From the NCBI GenBank assembly GCA_050250375.1, contig JBFWOS010000001.1:407090-471089 (forward strand): 64,000 bases of DNA. Direction: 5' to 3'. The position numbers and the translations under genes are program-made. How positions within the stretch are numbered: position 1 is the first letter of the stretch; each line of letters starts with the position of its first letter. Origin of the DNA: Candidatus Omnitrophota bacterium. Its GTDB lineage: Bacteria; Omnitrophota; Gorgyraeia; Zapsychrales; Zapsychraceae. The notes under the pieces are model-generated. The model had not been told where the DNA came from, did not search any database, and worked only from the letters and a program-made list of their open reading frames with translations. Of this stretch, positions 18,299 through 28,048 are shown piece by piece.

Positions 18299-19663
18299 TT
18301 AGGAGGTGTGAATTTTTTTTAAGAAATCGACCGTCAATTCCATGTTCATTGATCTTGAACCTTTGACAAGAATTGTATCACCCGGACGGCAGAATTGTTT
18401 TAATTTTTTATGTAATTCATTTCTGGTGTCAAAGTGAAACGCGGGTACGATTTTTGTTAAGTTCTGAAATGTCCGTACAGTTATTTTTGATTCCTGGCCT
18501 AAAGTCAGCAACAAATCAATGTCCGCCTTGAATATTTCTTCGGCCATTTTCTGATGCAGAACTTTGGACGATGCCCCCAGCTCCCGCATATCACCGCTCA
18601 CAACAATCTTTTTGCCTTTGACGTTTAAATTCCTGATAACGTCCAACGCGCTTTTAAAGGACAACGGATTAGAATTATAGGTATCATTGTAAATCCTGAT
18701 CTTCCCATACTTTTTTAATTCCCCTCGGTTCGGATCAGGCCTAAATTTAGAAATTTGAGCCTGAACATCTTCCTTCTTAACTCCAAAACATTCCGCACAT
18801 GAAATTGCCGCCAGCGCATTATAGATGTGATGCCGGCCCGGATTCGCCAAAGCATATTTTTTCTTGTTGACCTTAAAACGGACCCTGTTGTCTTGGTCCA
18901 TAATAATTGACTCGGCCTGATAGGCTGATTGAGTATTGATTGAAAACGCTAGTTTCCGAAACGGCAACCCTAAACTTTTGATTCTCCGCAAATAGTCATC
19001 ATCTCCGTTATATAGGATAACTCCCCCTTTTTTTAGACCTTTGGCGAGATTAACCTTTTCTTTGAAAACTCCGGCCTTATTCTTCAACCCTTCAAGATGT
19101 GACTCCCCGATATTCGTAAAGACCGCGAAGTCAGGTTCGGTAATTTCGGTCAGCCATGCGATATCCCCTTTTTGATTTGTCCCTAATTCCAAAACCGCAA
19201 TGGAATGGGATTTCTTCAATTTTAATAATGTCAGAGGAACGCCAATCCAATTGTTTTCTGAACGTTCATTCTTCAACACCTTAAACTTGGAACCCAAAAC
19301 GCTTGAAACCAAATTCTTCGTTGTTGTTTTCCCGGCACTGCCTGTGATCGCAACGACAGGGATGTCAAACTGAGAACGGTAAAAGTGAGCTATTTGCCCG
19401 AGGGCCTTAACTGTATCCTTTACACGAATTACACTAATTCCTTTGAGTTTCATTTTCTTAGAAACAAGAACGGCAACAGCACCCTGTTGGATGGCCTTCC
19501 TGACGAATGTGTGTCCATCATGATTGATCCCTTTGATGGCGACGTATAACGCCCCCTGCCCCAGCGCACGGGTATTGATAGAAACCGATTTCAAACTTAC
19601 AGCCGGATCACCGTTTTCCAGTCGGCCATTCGTTGCCTGAATAATTTGTTCTACAGTTAACAT
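18299..19663 (-). CDS. murF: UDP-MurNAc-tripeptide-D-Ala-D-Ala ligase
   Basis: AITGSAGKTTTK, NDTYNSNP, GDMRELG, LVKGSR. Confidence 0.96.
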   Translation of the reverse strand: MLTVEQIIQATNGRLENGDPAVSLKSVSINTRALGQGALYVAIKGINHDGHTFVRKAIQQGAVAVLVSKKMKLKGISVIRVKDTVKALGQIAHFYRSQFDIPVVAITGSAGKTTTKNLVSSVLGSKFKVLKNERSENNWIGVPLTLLKLKKSHSIAVLELGTNQKGDIAWLTEITEPDFAVFTNIGESHLEGLKNKAGVFKEKVNLAKGLKKGGVILYNGDDDYLRRIKSLGLPFRKLAFSINTQSAYQAESIIMDQDNRVRFKVNKKKYALANPGRHHIYNALAAISCAECFGVKKEDVQAQISKFRPDPNRGELKKYGKIRIYNDTYNSNPLSFKSALDVIRNLNVKGKKIVVSGDMRELGASSKVLHQKMAEEIFKADIDLLLTLGQESKITVRTFQNLTKIVPAFHFDTRNELHKKLKQFCRPGDTILVKGSRSMNMELTVDFLKKIHTS

Positions 19664-21114
19664 CGCAAATATTGCCTTACAACAGTTCTTTCATCAAATT
19701 TAATGGTACGGTCCTTAAATATCTGATAATCTTCATGGCCTTTACCCGCAATCAGCACAACATCCCCTTCATCCGCAATATTTAACGCCTTAATAATGGC
19801 TTGTTCACGATCAACCTCCACAATATAGTTTTCACCTTCCATGCCTTTGATAATTTCGTCAATAATTGCTTTCGGTTCTTCATTCCTGGGGTTATCGCTG
19901 GTCACCACACAATAATCCGCGAGTCGGCTGGCAACAAGCCCCATGGCCGGGCGTTTTGTTCTGTCGCGGTTGCCTCCGCATCCGAATACCAATATAATTC
20001 TTCCCTTGGTTACAGACTTTAACGTGGTCAATACGTTTTCTAAAGCGTCTTGGGTATGCGCATAATCAATGAGGATCGAATAGCCTTGCTGGCAGTCAAT
20101 TCGTTCAAGCCTGCCGGGGACATATTTGAGACTCTCCACTCCCCGCCGTATATTCTCCAGGCTTATTCCTTCTTTTAAACTGACCGCCGCCGCTGCAAGG
20201 ATATTGTATATGTTATACTGCCCCAGCAGACTGGTCCGGATAACAACATCTCCCTGCGAAGTTACGAGTTTAAATTGCGTCTGTTCTATTTCGAGTTTAA
20301 TTTCGCGGGCCATTACATCTGCATTATGACGAATTCCATAAGTCACCCGGGTGCCTGCGGATTGTGAAACTAACTTTTGTCCGAATTCGTCATCAATATT
20401 AATAACAGAACATCCTTCAGGACTAACCATTTTAAACAGTTTGGCTTTGGCATTAAAATATTCCTGTCTTGTTTTGTGATAATCCAAATGATCACTGGTC
20501 AGATTGGTAAAGACCGCTGCTTTGAAATGAATCAAATCAACCCTGTTTTGATCTAACGCGTGCGAAGAGACTTCCATAACGCAATACTCAACACCGTCGC
20601 TAACTAAACCATATAATAACTTCTGATTTTCGAGAAATCCCGGCGTAGTGTTTACGGAAGGTAACATTCTCTCACCGACCCTATAATTCACCGTGCCGAT
20701 AACGCCGCAAGTCTTGTCATCCCCATGCAAAATTGATTCAATCAAATAAGTAATGGTCGTCTTTCCGTTTGTTCCCGTTATTCCGATCACCTTTATTTTC
20801 TCCGAAGGCTGTTGGTAAAACCGTTTTGTAATCAATTTTAAAAATGTGACGGGGTCATCCGTCTGCAGAAAACAAACGCCGGGATATCCTTCTTCAGGAA
20901 AAGGCTTGTCAGCCACAACGACAACGGCACCCTTGGTGATTGCATCATGGATGTATTCATAACCATCAAAACTGCTTCCCTTTAATGCAACAAACAAACT
21001 ATCCTTTTCAACAGATCTTGAATCACAACTTAAGGATTTGATAGGACGATTCCAAGATTTCAGATCTATTTTGCCGTCATAAATATCTGCAAGCAATTCT
21101 TCTAAGGTCATCAT
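19657..21114 (-). CDS. murE: MurE ligase, probably meso-DAP-adding
   Basis: GTNGKTT, MEVSSH, DYAHT, TSDNPR (DNPR motif associated with meso-DAP specificity), AGKGHE. Confidence 0.97.
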   Translation of the reverse strand: MMTLEELLADIYDGKIDLKSWNRPIKSLSCDSRSVEKDSLFVALKGSSFDGYEYIHDAITKGAVVVVADKPFPEEGYPGVCFLQTDDPVTFLKLITKRFYQQPSEKIKVIGITGTNGKTTITYLIESILHGDDKTCGVIGTVNYRVGERMLPSVNTTPGFLENQKLLYGLVSDGVEYCVMEVSSHALDQNRVDLIHFKAAVFTNLTSDHLDYHKTRQEYFNAKAKLFKMVSPEGCSVINIDDEFGQKLVSQSAGTRVTYGIRHNADVMAREIKLEIEQTQFKLVTSQGDVVIRTSLLGQYNIYNILAAAAVSLKEGISLENIRRGVESLKYVPGRLERIDCQQGYSILIDYAHTQDALENVLTTLKSVTKGRIILVFGCGGNRDRTKRPAMGLVASRLADYCVVTSDNPRNEEPKAIIDEIIKGMEGENYIVEVDREQAIIKALNIADEGDVVLIAGKGHEDYQIFKDRTIKFDERTVVRQYLRC

Positions 21115-22808
21115 AAATTGTTTGGTTTTGATAGTTCTGCTGTTTGTAAATATTTTAATGCGTTCTCCAGGACTTCTTTGGCGACCGGCGCTGCGACGGT
21201 CCCACCGAAATAACTGGGATGTGGTTCATCAACAATAACTACACAGGCGAGCTGAGGATCATCAGCCGGAGCAAATGCAAAAAATGAAGCGACAAATTTA
21301 CTATGCGAATATAACCCATCCACGACTTTTTGTGACGTCCCTGTTTTTCCAGCAACCCGCATTCCGTCAATTTTTGCTTTTTTTGCCGTTCCATTTTCGG
21401 TGACACCAACCAGAATGTCGCGAACCCGGCGGGCCGTATGTTCACTTATGACCCTGTCGATGATCTCAGGCTGCACCGCTTTGATAATTTGATTCTGCTT
21501 ATCTTTGATATATTTTAGGATGTGCGGCCGCATATAATAACCATCATTCGCGATCACCGAAATAGCCCCTATGAGCTGAAGCGGTGTCACCGTAACTTCA
21601 TGGCCAATCGGTATCGCGCCAATTGTTGTTTTAGACCACTCAGAAGGTTTTTTCAGCCAGCCGTCCACTTCGCCTTTCAACTCAATATTGGTCAACAGTC
21701 CAAACCTAAACCGCCGCGCATAATTATAAATCACATCCGGCCCCATTTTCTGAGCTATTTTTGTAACGCCGATATTGCTTGAAACTTCAAAGACCTGTTG
21801 AAACGTAAGCTTGCCATGCGGACGATGATCATGCAGGGTATGGTTGGCCACGCGGTATTCTCCATTTTCACAAAATATTTCGTCTGATTCAACAAAATAG
21901 TCTTCTTCTAAAGCCGCGGCGGCTGCAACAATTTTAAAAACAGAACCGGGTTCCAAAACAAAGCTAACCGCCCGATTAGTACGATTTTCTACATCGCTTT
22001 GGCCTACCAGTTCAAGATTATAGGTCGGCCTGTTCGCGAGGGCTAAAATCTCCCCTGTTTTGGGATTAGAAACAATGATTGTTGCTGACTTAGCGTTGTG
22101 TTGAACAAAGGCTTTTTCAAGGGCCCTCTCTGCGATATACTGAATGGTTTCATCAATTGTCAGCACAACATCCAATCCATCTTGCGGCGATATAAAACTC
22201 TTCTCCAACAAGAGTTCCCGTTGCTTCGCATCTCTGATAAACAACGCCTTACCTGATTTACCTTTGAGAAACCGATCAAAAACTAACTCCACACCTTCTA
22301 ACCCTCTATTGTCTATATCAGCAAAGCCAATGACATGCGCCGCCAATTCACCATTGGGGTAATACCGCTTGCTCTCATCGATAAAAGATAAACCCCTGAT
22401 CCGATATGACTTAATAACATTTGCCAATTCCAAGGGTAATTTTCGTTTAAGCCAGACAAAATATTTTTTTCTATTAAGCCTACTTTCGATAAGCGATTTA
22501 TCAATCCCCAATAAATAGGGTAAGACCTCCAAAGCCTTTTTTTTGTCGTCTTCAGACATCTCATTTGGATTCGCGTATAAAGAATGAACCGAAACATTTA
22601 AGGCTAATGGCCTAGAATTTCTGTCAAAGATAGTCCCTCTGACGGGCTCAAGTTCAATTAATTGATTGTGCTGTTTATTAGCTAAATTGGCTAAATGGTC
22701 GGCTTTAAAAACTTGGATAAGAACTAAATTTACAATAAAAATACAAAGACAAGTTATTAGAAATAAAATGACCAAGCTGAATCTGAGTTCATGTTTTCTG
22801 TTTTGCAC
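21111..22808 (-). CDS. ftsI: Class B penicillin-binding protein FtsI
   Basis: RGTIFDRN, RYYPNG, EPGSVFK (SxxK), SSN, KTG motifs. Confidence 0.93.
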   Translation of the reverse strand: MQNRKHELRFSLVILFLITCLCIFIVNLVLIQVFKADHLANLANKQHNQLIELEPVRGTIFDRNSRPLALNVSVHSLYANPNEMSEDDKKKALEVLPYLLGIDKSLIESRLNRKKYFVWLKRKLPLELANVIKSYRIRGLSFIDESKRYYPNGELAAHVIGFADIDNRGLEGVELVFDRFLKGKSGKALFIRDAKQRELLLEKSFISPQDGLDVVLTIDETIQYIAERALEKAFVQHNAKSATIIVSNPKTGEILALANRPTYNLELVGQSDVENRTNRAVSFVLEPGSVFKIVAAAAALEEDYFVESDEIFCENGEYRVANHTLHDHRPHGKLTFQQVFEVSSNIGVTKIAQKMGPDVIYNYARRFRFGLLTNIELKGEVDGWLKKPSEWSKTTIGAIPIGHEVTVTPLQLIGAISVIANDGYYMRPHILKYIKDKQNQIIKAVQPEIIDRVISEHTARRVRDILVGVTENGTAKKAKIDGMRVAGKTGTSQKVVDGLYSHSKFVASFFAFAPADDPQLACVVIVDEPHPSYFGGTVAAPVAKEVLENALKYLQTAELSKPNNL

Positions 22809-22839
22809 TGCTGATACATTACCATTTTATTAGGCTGGA

Positions 22840-23223
22840 TTATTCCTTGATTCTTGCTTCAGCGCGCGACGCAAAGGATATAATACTTGTTAAAGGATTC
22901 GCATTGGCTGAAGACAACTGGGTGCTGTTAACATCCTGTTCATCCACCAACTTCTGGGTCGAAGAAATGTGGATGATGTTGTTCGGATTAACAAACTGCA
23001 TCCCGGACTTATCACCCAACATCTCAAATCCCAGATTATTGGCCGATTTTATTCTCAAAATTGCGTATGTTAAATTCTGGTTTTGTTGATTTAATTGATA
23101 AATCATTTTTTCCTTATCTTTACCCAAATAGGCCAAATCAAAAATCTGCATTTGCATATGGATATACGTTAAAGATAAAAGGGTTATTACTCCCATTGTT
23201 TTAATAAAAGTAAATAATTTCAT
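22840..23223 (-). CDS. FtsL-like protein
   Basis: TM followed by a coiled coil, at the canonical position between rsmH and ftsI. Confidence 0.65.
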   Translation of the reverse strand: MKLFTFIKTMGVITLLSLTYIHMQMQIFDLAYLGKDKEKMIYQLNQQNQNLTYAILRIKSANNLGFEMLGDKSGMQFVNPNNIIHISSTQKLVDEQDVNSTQLSSANANPLTSIISFASRAEARIKE

Positions 23224-24161
23224 CCATTCCTCTCTATGATTCGAAATCTTGCACTGCGGGATCTTGGGTTTATCGATATTTCTTTTTCTGAAGGTCTTAA
23301 CGGTTTCTTAACCAAACAGCGCACTAAATTTGCCTTGGCAAACATTTTAAATTTGTTTTTAACAATCCGATCTTCCAATGAATGAAAGGATATTATCCCT
23401 AATCGCCCTTGAGGCTTTAAAAGTGAAATGCATTTATCAATCGCTATTTCAAGGGTTTCCAGCTCACGGTTCACCGCAATCCTAAAGGCCTGAAATGTCC
23501 GGGTAGCCGGATGGATGCGTTGGGGTTTTCCCTTCATGGGTATAGCTTTTTGAACAATTCTGGATAAATCGTCTGTAAATTCTATCGGATGCTTTGAGCG
23601 TTCAGACACGATCAAACGAGCAATTCGATTTGACCATCTCTCCTCTCCAAAATCCTTGAGAATGATAGCAATCTCCTTTTCTGATAATGAATTGACCAGA
23701 TCATAAGCCGAAATCGGCGCATTCTGATCCATCCTCATATCCAATGGACCGGCTTGTCTAAGACTAAAACCCCTTTCAGGATTATCAAGCTGGTAACTAG
23801 AGATCCCTAAATCGAGAAATATGCCATCGACCTTGTGTATATTCAAATCGTTAAGAACATCATCAATAAAACGAAAATCTTTATGAACAAAATGACACTG
23901 GTGTAAATGCGCCCCCAAAGAAATAGTGGCTTTCTTCAATGATTCTTCATCCCTATCCAACCCAATTAACAAGCCTTTGGAACCAATCCGTTGTAAAAAT
24001 CTTAACGCATGCCCCCCCATACCTAAGGTGCCATCGACGAATACCTCATTCGATTTCGGATCCATAAAATCCAGCACTTCATCAGGCATAACCGGAAGAT
24101 GGTCATGCGGGCTTTGGTCAAAAATGTTCTGAGTTTCGGTCATCATTAACGATTTGATCAT
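23220..24161 (-). CDS. rsmH: 16S rRNA m4C1402 methyltransferase
   Basis: HLPVM, VDGTLGMGGH, DLGISSYQLD, HPATRTFQA, NPRSRSA; exact start uncertain. Confidence 0.97.
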   Translation of the reverse strand: MIKSLMMTETQNIFDQSPHDHLPVMPDEVLDFMDPKSNEVFVDGTLGMGGHALRFLQRIGSKGLLIGLDRDEESLKKATISLGAHLHQCHFVHKDFRFIDDVLNDLNIHKVDGIFLDLGISSYQLDNPERGFSLRQAGPLDMRMDQNAPISAYDLVNSLSEKEIAIILKDFGEERWSNRIARLIVSERSKHPIEFTDDLSRIVQKAIPMKGKPQRIHPATRTFQAFRIAVNRELETLEIAIDKCISLLKPQGRLGIISFHSLEDRIVKNKFKMFAKANLVRCLVKKPLRPSEKEISINPRSRSARFRIIERNG

Positions 24162-24178
24162 TTAGATCCCACTCCCCT

Positions 24179-24442
24179 TTACGCTGAAAAACAGGGAACT
24201 TTTTGCTCATGGACTGCTCGACTAAAACGATCCATTACAAGTTGGTATTGCGGTTTATCCTTCAATTCATCCCACGTGTCTTTTGATCCGTTGCGTATGT
24301 AAATTCGATCCCGCTGCCTAAAAACTAGAAAAAGTCTTGTTCGACCCGTAGCCGTCTCCACCGTGGAACAAAAAATGCAGTCACAATTTGGTAAATCAAT
24401 GAGATGCTGAAATACAATACTTGCTGCGTCAAATTGCTCCAT
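24179..24442 (-). CDS. Hypothetical 87-aa protein between mraZ and rsmH
   Basis: AGGGGGG RBS 4 nt before the ATG; fills the intergenic gap; contains CDCIFC. Confidence 0.7.
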   Translation of the reverse strand: MEQFDAASIVFQHLIDLPNCDCIFCSTVETATGRTRLFLVFRQRDRIYIRNGSKDTWDELKDKPQYQLVMDRFSRAVHEQKVPCFSA

Positions 24443-24487
24443 TGTACCCCCCTAATTTTGATGGTGAATACAAACTTGTGGTCTAGG

Positions 24488-24925
24488 CTAAATATCCAAC
24501 AAGTTTTCAGAAATCTCTTCAAACGTACCGCTGGAACCTGAATAGTATGTTTCCCAGCTTTTTTTGTCCCAAATTTCAATACGGTTGGAAACCCCAATCA
24601 AAATGGTTTCACGCTTAATAACGGCATAATCTTTAAGATAATTCGGTATGATAAACCGCCCTTGTTTATCGGGAGTGACATCAATAGCCCCCGCAAAAAA
24701 CATCCGGTTAAAACTCCGCGTTTCTTTTCGAGTAAACGGCATATTCTTGAATTTTTGTTCTTGTGCCCGCCATTCGTCTTCAGCAAACATAAATATGCAT
24801 TTATCAAGCCCGCGTGTAAGGAAAAACCGTTCTATTGAATACTCCTTGCAGGTTTCTCGGAACTTCGCCGGCAGTATCAACCTTCCCTTACGATCTAAAT
24901 TATGTAGAAATTCACCATAGAACAT
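24488..24925 (-). CDS. mraZ: Transcriptional regulator MraZ
   Basis: MFYGEF..NLDRKGRLILP and DKQGRFIIP (two DxxGR motifs), GVSNRIEIW. Confidence 0.97.
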   Translation of the reverse strand: MFYGEFLHNLDRKGRLILPAKFRETCKEYSIERFFLTRGLDKCIFMFAEDEWRAQEQKFKNMPFTRKETRSFNRMFFAGAIDVTPDKQGRFIIPNYLKDYAVIKRETILIGVSNRIEIWDKKSWETYYSGSSGTFEEISENLLDI

Positions 24926-24939
24926 GTTTCAACCTATTA

Positions 24940-24964
24940 TCCACATCACTCCACTTTCCTCCAC
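24940..24964 (-). promoter_or_regulatory. MraZ operator: three GTGGA direct repeats at 10-bp period
   Basis: tccac at 24940, 24950 and 24960 on the + strand (GTGGA on the minus strand), matching the known GTGG-type MraZ boxes upstream of mraZ. Confidence 0.85.
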
Positions 24965-24974
24965 TATGTTGAAC

Positions 24975-25003
24975 ATTTTAACTACACAAATGGGCCATGT
25001 CAA
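24975..25003 (-). promoter_or_regulatory. dcw/mraZ sigma70 promoter
   Basis: TTGACA (25003-24998), 17-nt spacer, TAAAAT (24980-24975). Confidence 0.8.
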
Positions 25004-25182
25004 TCGAAAAATACCACATTTTTAACGTAAACCAATAAAATACAATAATTTGTACTCAAAACAAGCTTGCATACAATATTTAGTTGTTTTTTTGACTAAA
25101 TTACACGCTGTAAAGCTTGGCTTGTAACGAAATAGTTAAACTTTCATCTTTTTGATTAATCTAACGCAGGTTAACAATAGGA

Positions 25183-26115
25183 TTAAAATTTGGAAAGAAT
25201 TTGTTCGGAAAGGATTGCATCTTTTTCTAAGCGGGCGATTAAAAGATTTTTATCACGAAACATTTCTTCTTCACGAATTTTCTCAATAAATTCGACTAAA
25301 ACTTCCTTTTGATATATATACTGACTGAAATTAAATATATGGACTTCTAATGTGATAGGACTGGTGACGCTTTTAAAGGATGGACGACGACCAACGTTGG
25401 CCATCGCCTTAAATTGTTGCCCGTCAATCTTTACTAAAGCCGCGTATACACCAACAGGGGGAAGCACTTCGCCATTCAATGTTATGTTTGCCGTCGGGAA
25501 ACCCAATCCACTCCCTCTTCCGTCTCCTTTACAAACCTTGCCAAGAATGGAGACAAAACGCCCCAAATGTCGGGCTGCTTCAGCAATTTGTCCCGCCGCT
25601 ATTAATTTTCTGATGCTGGTGCTTCCGATCTTTCCATCCTCGCTGTTGACCGGTTTCATGGGGGAAACCACAAATCCATATTTCAAACCCGCCTCTCTAA
25701 ACGTGTCGATAGTTCCTTTGCGGTCACGTCCGAAACGAAACTCCTCACCGACGAGAATCTCCTCAGGACGTATGCGATCCACCAGATATCGCTTGATAAA
25801 ATTTTCAGGTGTAAGATTTGCAAAACGGCTTGTAAAATGGACGACAACACAGACCGACACCCCTAAACTTTCGATCAATCTCAATCGATGCGGGATCGTT
25901 ATGATGTACGGCATATAAATTTCAGGCTTGAGTACTTTTACAGGGTGCGGGACAAATGTCATGACGATCGCCTGGCCATTTTTTAATTGGGCCTTCTTTA
26001 CAGTTTTTGTAATCAGCTCCTGATGACCCAAATGCACCCCATCAAATACTCCAATGGCGAGAACGGATTTCTTGTAACTTTTCTTAACCTTCCCAATTCC
26101 GTATATGACCTTCAT
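25183..26115 (-). CDS. ribF: Riboflavin kinase/FAD synthetase
   Basis: GVFDGVHLGHQ, FRFG, GFPTAN, LEVHIFNF. Confidence 0.96.
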   Translation of the reverse strand: MKVIYGIGKVKKSYKKSVLAIGVFDGVHLGHQELITKTVKKAQLKNGQAIVMTFVPHPVKVLKPEIYMPYIITIPHRLRLIESLGVSVCVVVHFTSRFANLTPENFIKRYLVDRIRPEEILVGEEFRFGRDRKGTIDTFREAGLKYGFVVSPMKPVNSEDGKIGSTSIRKLIAAGQIAEAARHLGRFVSILGKVCKGDGRGSGLGFPTANITLNGEVLPPVGVYAALVKIDGQQFKAMANVGRRPSFKSVTSPITLEVHIFNFSQYIYQKEVLVEFIEKIREEEMFRDKNLLIARLEKDAILSEQILSKF

Positions 26116-26749
26116 TCAAATCCTCAATCATTACTGCCTCTTCTAATTTAAATTTTCCTACTTTTGTCCTCTGAATTTGAGATATACATGCTCCGCAGCC
26201 GAGTAAATCGCCTATATCTGCCGCTAATTGCCGAATGTATGTGCCTTTAGAACAGTCCACATAAATCTTTATATAGGGGAGATTGATATCTTCAACTTTT
26301 ATACAATCAATCCTCACAGTTCTTGGCTTTCGTTCAATGACAATTCCTTGACGCGCCAATTCATACAACCTCTGCCCATTATGTTTCACCGCCGAAACCA
26401 TGGGGGGAACTTGTTCAAATTCTCCCTGAAAACTTGAGACTGCTTTTAAGATTTGTTCATTCGTCACATGCTTAAATGGATTTTGTGCAATGATTTTTCC
26501 CTGGATGTCGGCCGAATCGGTCACGGTACCCAACATCACTGTCGCACGATAACTTTTATCGAACGTTATAAATTGGCTCGATAACTTTGTGGATTTTCCC
26601 AATAAGACAACCAAAACTCCGGTTGCCAATGGATCAAGCGTCCCGGCATGACCAACTTTCTTCATCTTAAATCTTCGCCTTACCCTAAAAACCACATCAT
26701 GGGAAGTGATCCCCTGAGGCTTGTTAACAATGAGAATCCCTTCGATCAT
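26084..26749 (-). CDS. truB: tRNA pseudouridine-55 synthase
   Basis: KPQGITSHD, GHAGTLDPLATG, QVPPMVSAVK, SKGTYIR. Confidence 0.97.
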   Translation of the reverse strand: MIEGILIVNKPQGITSHDVVFRVRRRFKMKKVGHAGTLDPLATGVLVVLLGKSTKLSSQFITFDKSYRATVMLGTVTDSADIQGKIIAQNPFKHVTNEQILKAVSSFQGEFEQVPPMVSAVKHNGQRLYELARQGIVIERKPRTVRIDCIKVEDINLPYIKIYVDCSKGTYIRQLAADIGDLLGCGACISQIQRTKVGKFKLEEAVMIEDLNEGHIRNWEG

Positions 26750-27708
26750 AATGCCTTACTCAGCTCTTTTAAAATAATTGCCTTTGCCTCGGACATCTTC
26801 TTCTTAACGACACATCCACTAGCCCGTTTGTGTCCTCCTCCGTCAAACCTATGCGCAATTGTAGCGACATCCACAAAACTTGTTGAACGAAAATTAACTC
26901 TTATTTCCTTCCTTTTGATTTCAGTAAGAATAAAGATTACTTCAACCCCCAATATTGATCTCAAGAATTTGAAGATCGCATCCCTCAAATCAAAATCTTC
27001 TGAAATCTTTTCAATCCACTTCCTCTTTAATTCTACACAAATGATTCGGCCTTGACTGTAAGTTTCAAAACTATCAAGAATTTGAGTGAATACTTTCAAA
27101 TCATGCTGTGGAATCGTCTCGTAGATCTTATGATATAATTCATTAACATTAATGTTATACTTCAAAAGTTCAGCCACCGCAGAGTGAGTGTTCGAAGAAG
27201 TATTTTCATAACGAAACGAACCAGTATCAGTCATCATCCCGCAGTAGAGATTTGTTGCCAAACTTTTGTTCAGATTGCATCTCACATATTTTAGAAAATC
27301 AAAAATTACCTCAGCCGTAGAAGACGCCTCAATATCAATCAGATTGATAGTTCCAAAACGATCATTTGTAACATGATGATCGATATTAACCATAATTCTT
27401 TCCGGATTCAATACGCCCTTTACTTTTCCGATTCGGCCTAAATCACCGCAATCCAGGATAAAAGCCACATCATAAGGAACAGTTTTTACCGTCTTTAAAC
27501 TCTTGATAGATTTGGAACCTGGAAAAAACTCAAATCGTTTGGCCAAAACACCCTCATTAACAATGTGTACTTTTTTCCCCAGTGATCGAAGGTACTCCGA
27601 CAAAGCCAGCTCAGAACATAATGCATCCGGATCAGGGTTAACATGTGTCGAGATTAAAAATATCCGGTTTTTCTTAATTACATCACTAATCTCTTTCTTG
27701 ATCATCAT
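26746..27708 (-). CDS. nrnA: DHH/DHHA1 nanoRNase / pAp phosphatase
   Basis: HVNPDPDA, NIDHH, TDTGSF, GGGHKRASG; lies between rbfA and truB. Confidence 0.92.
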   Translation of the reverse strand: MMIKKEISDVIKKNRIFLISTHVNPDPDALCSELALSEYLRSLGKKVHIVNEGVLAKRFEFFPGSKSIKSLKTVKTVPYDVAFILDCGDLGRIGKVKGVLNPERIMVNIDHHVTNDRFGTINLIDIEASSTAEVIFDFLKYVRCNLNKSLATNLYCGMMTDTGSFRYENTSSNTHSAVAELLKYNINVNELYHKIYETIPQHDLKVFTQILDSFETYSQGRIICVELKRKWIEKISEDFDLRDAIFKFLRSILGVEVIFILTEIKRKEIRVNFRSTSFVDVATIAHRFDGGGHKRASGCVVKKKMSEAKAIILKELSKAL

Positions 27709-28036
27709 TGATTTCCTTTATGGTTTCTTCAATCTTTGCGTTAATGCTAACCGACTGATCATAAATAAAATGAATTTCAGGAGTATGCCTGATTTGTACA
27801 CGCTGGCTAACCATATGCCTGATTAATCCGCGGGCATTATTTAGCACCAAACCCGCATCTTTTATATTGTTAGCATCCCCCAGCACACTAAAATAAACCT
27901 TGGCATTCTTTAAATCTGGACTGACATCAACATGAGTAACGGTAATCAATGACATCCGGGGGTCCCCTAGCTCCTGATGAATAATCGTACTTATTTCCCG
28001 TCTCATCTGATTATTGACTTTCTCCATCCTTCCCAT
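27686..28036 (-). CDS. rbfA: Ribosome-binding factor A
   Basis: DPR...TVTHVDVSPDL..AKVY, RHTPEIHFIYD. Confidence 0.96.
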   Translation of the reverse strand: MGRMEKVNNQMRREISTIIHQELGDPRMSLITVTHVDVSPDLKNAKVYFSVLGDANNIKDAGLVLNNARGLIRHMVSQRVQIRHTPEIHFIYDQSVSINAKIEETIKEINDDQERD

Positions 28037-28048
28037 ATCAATCTCTCC

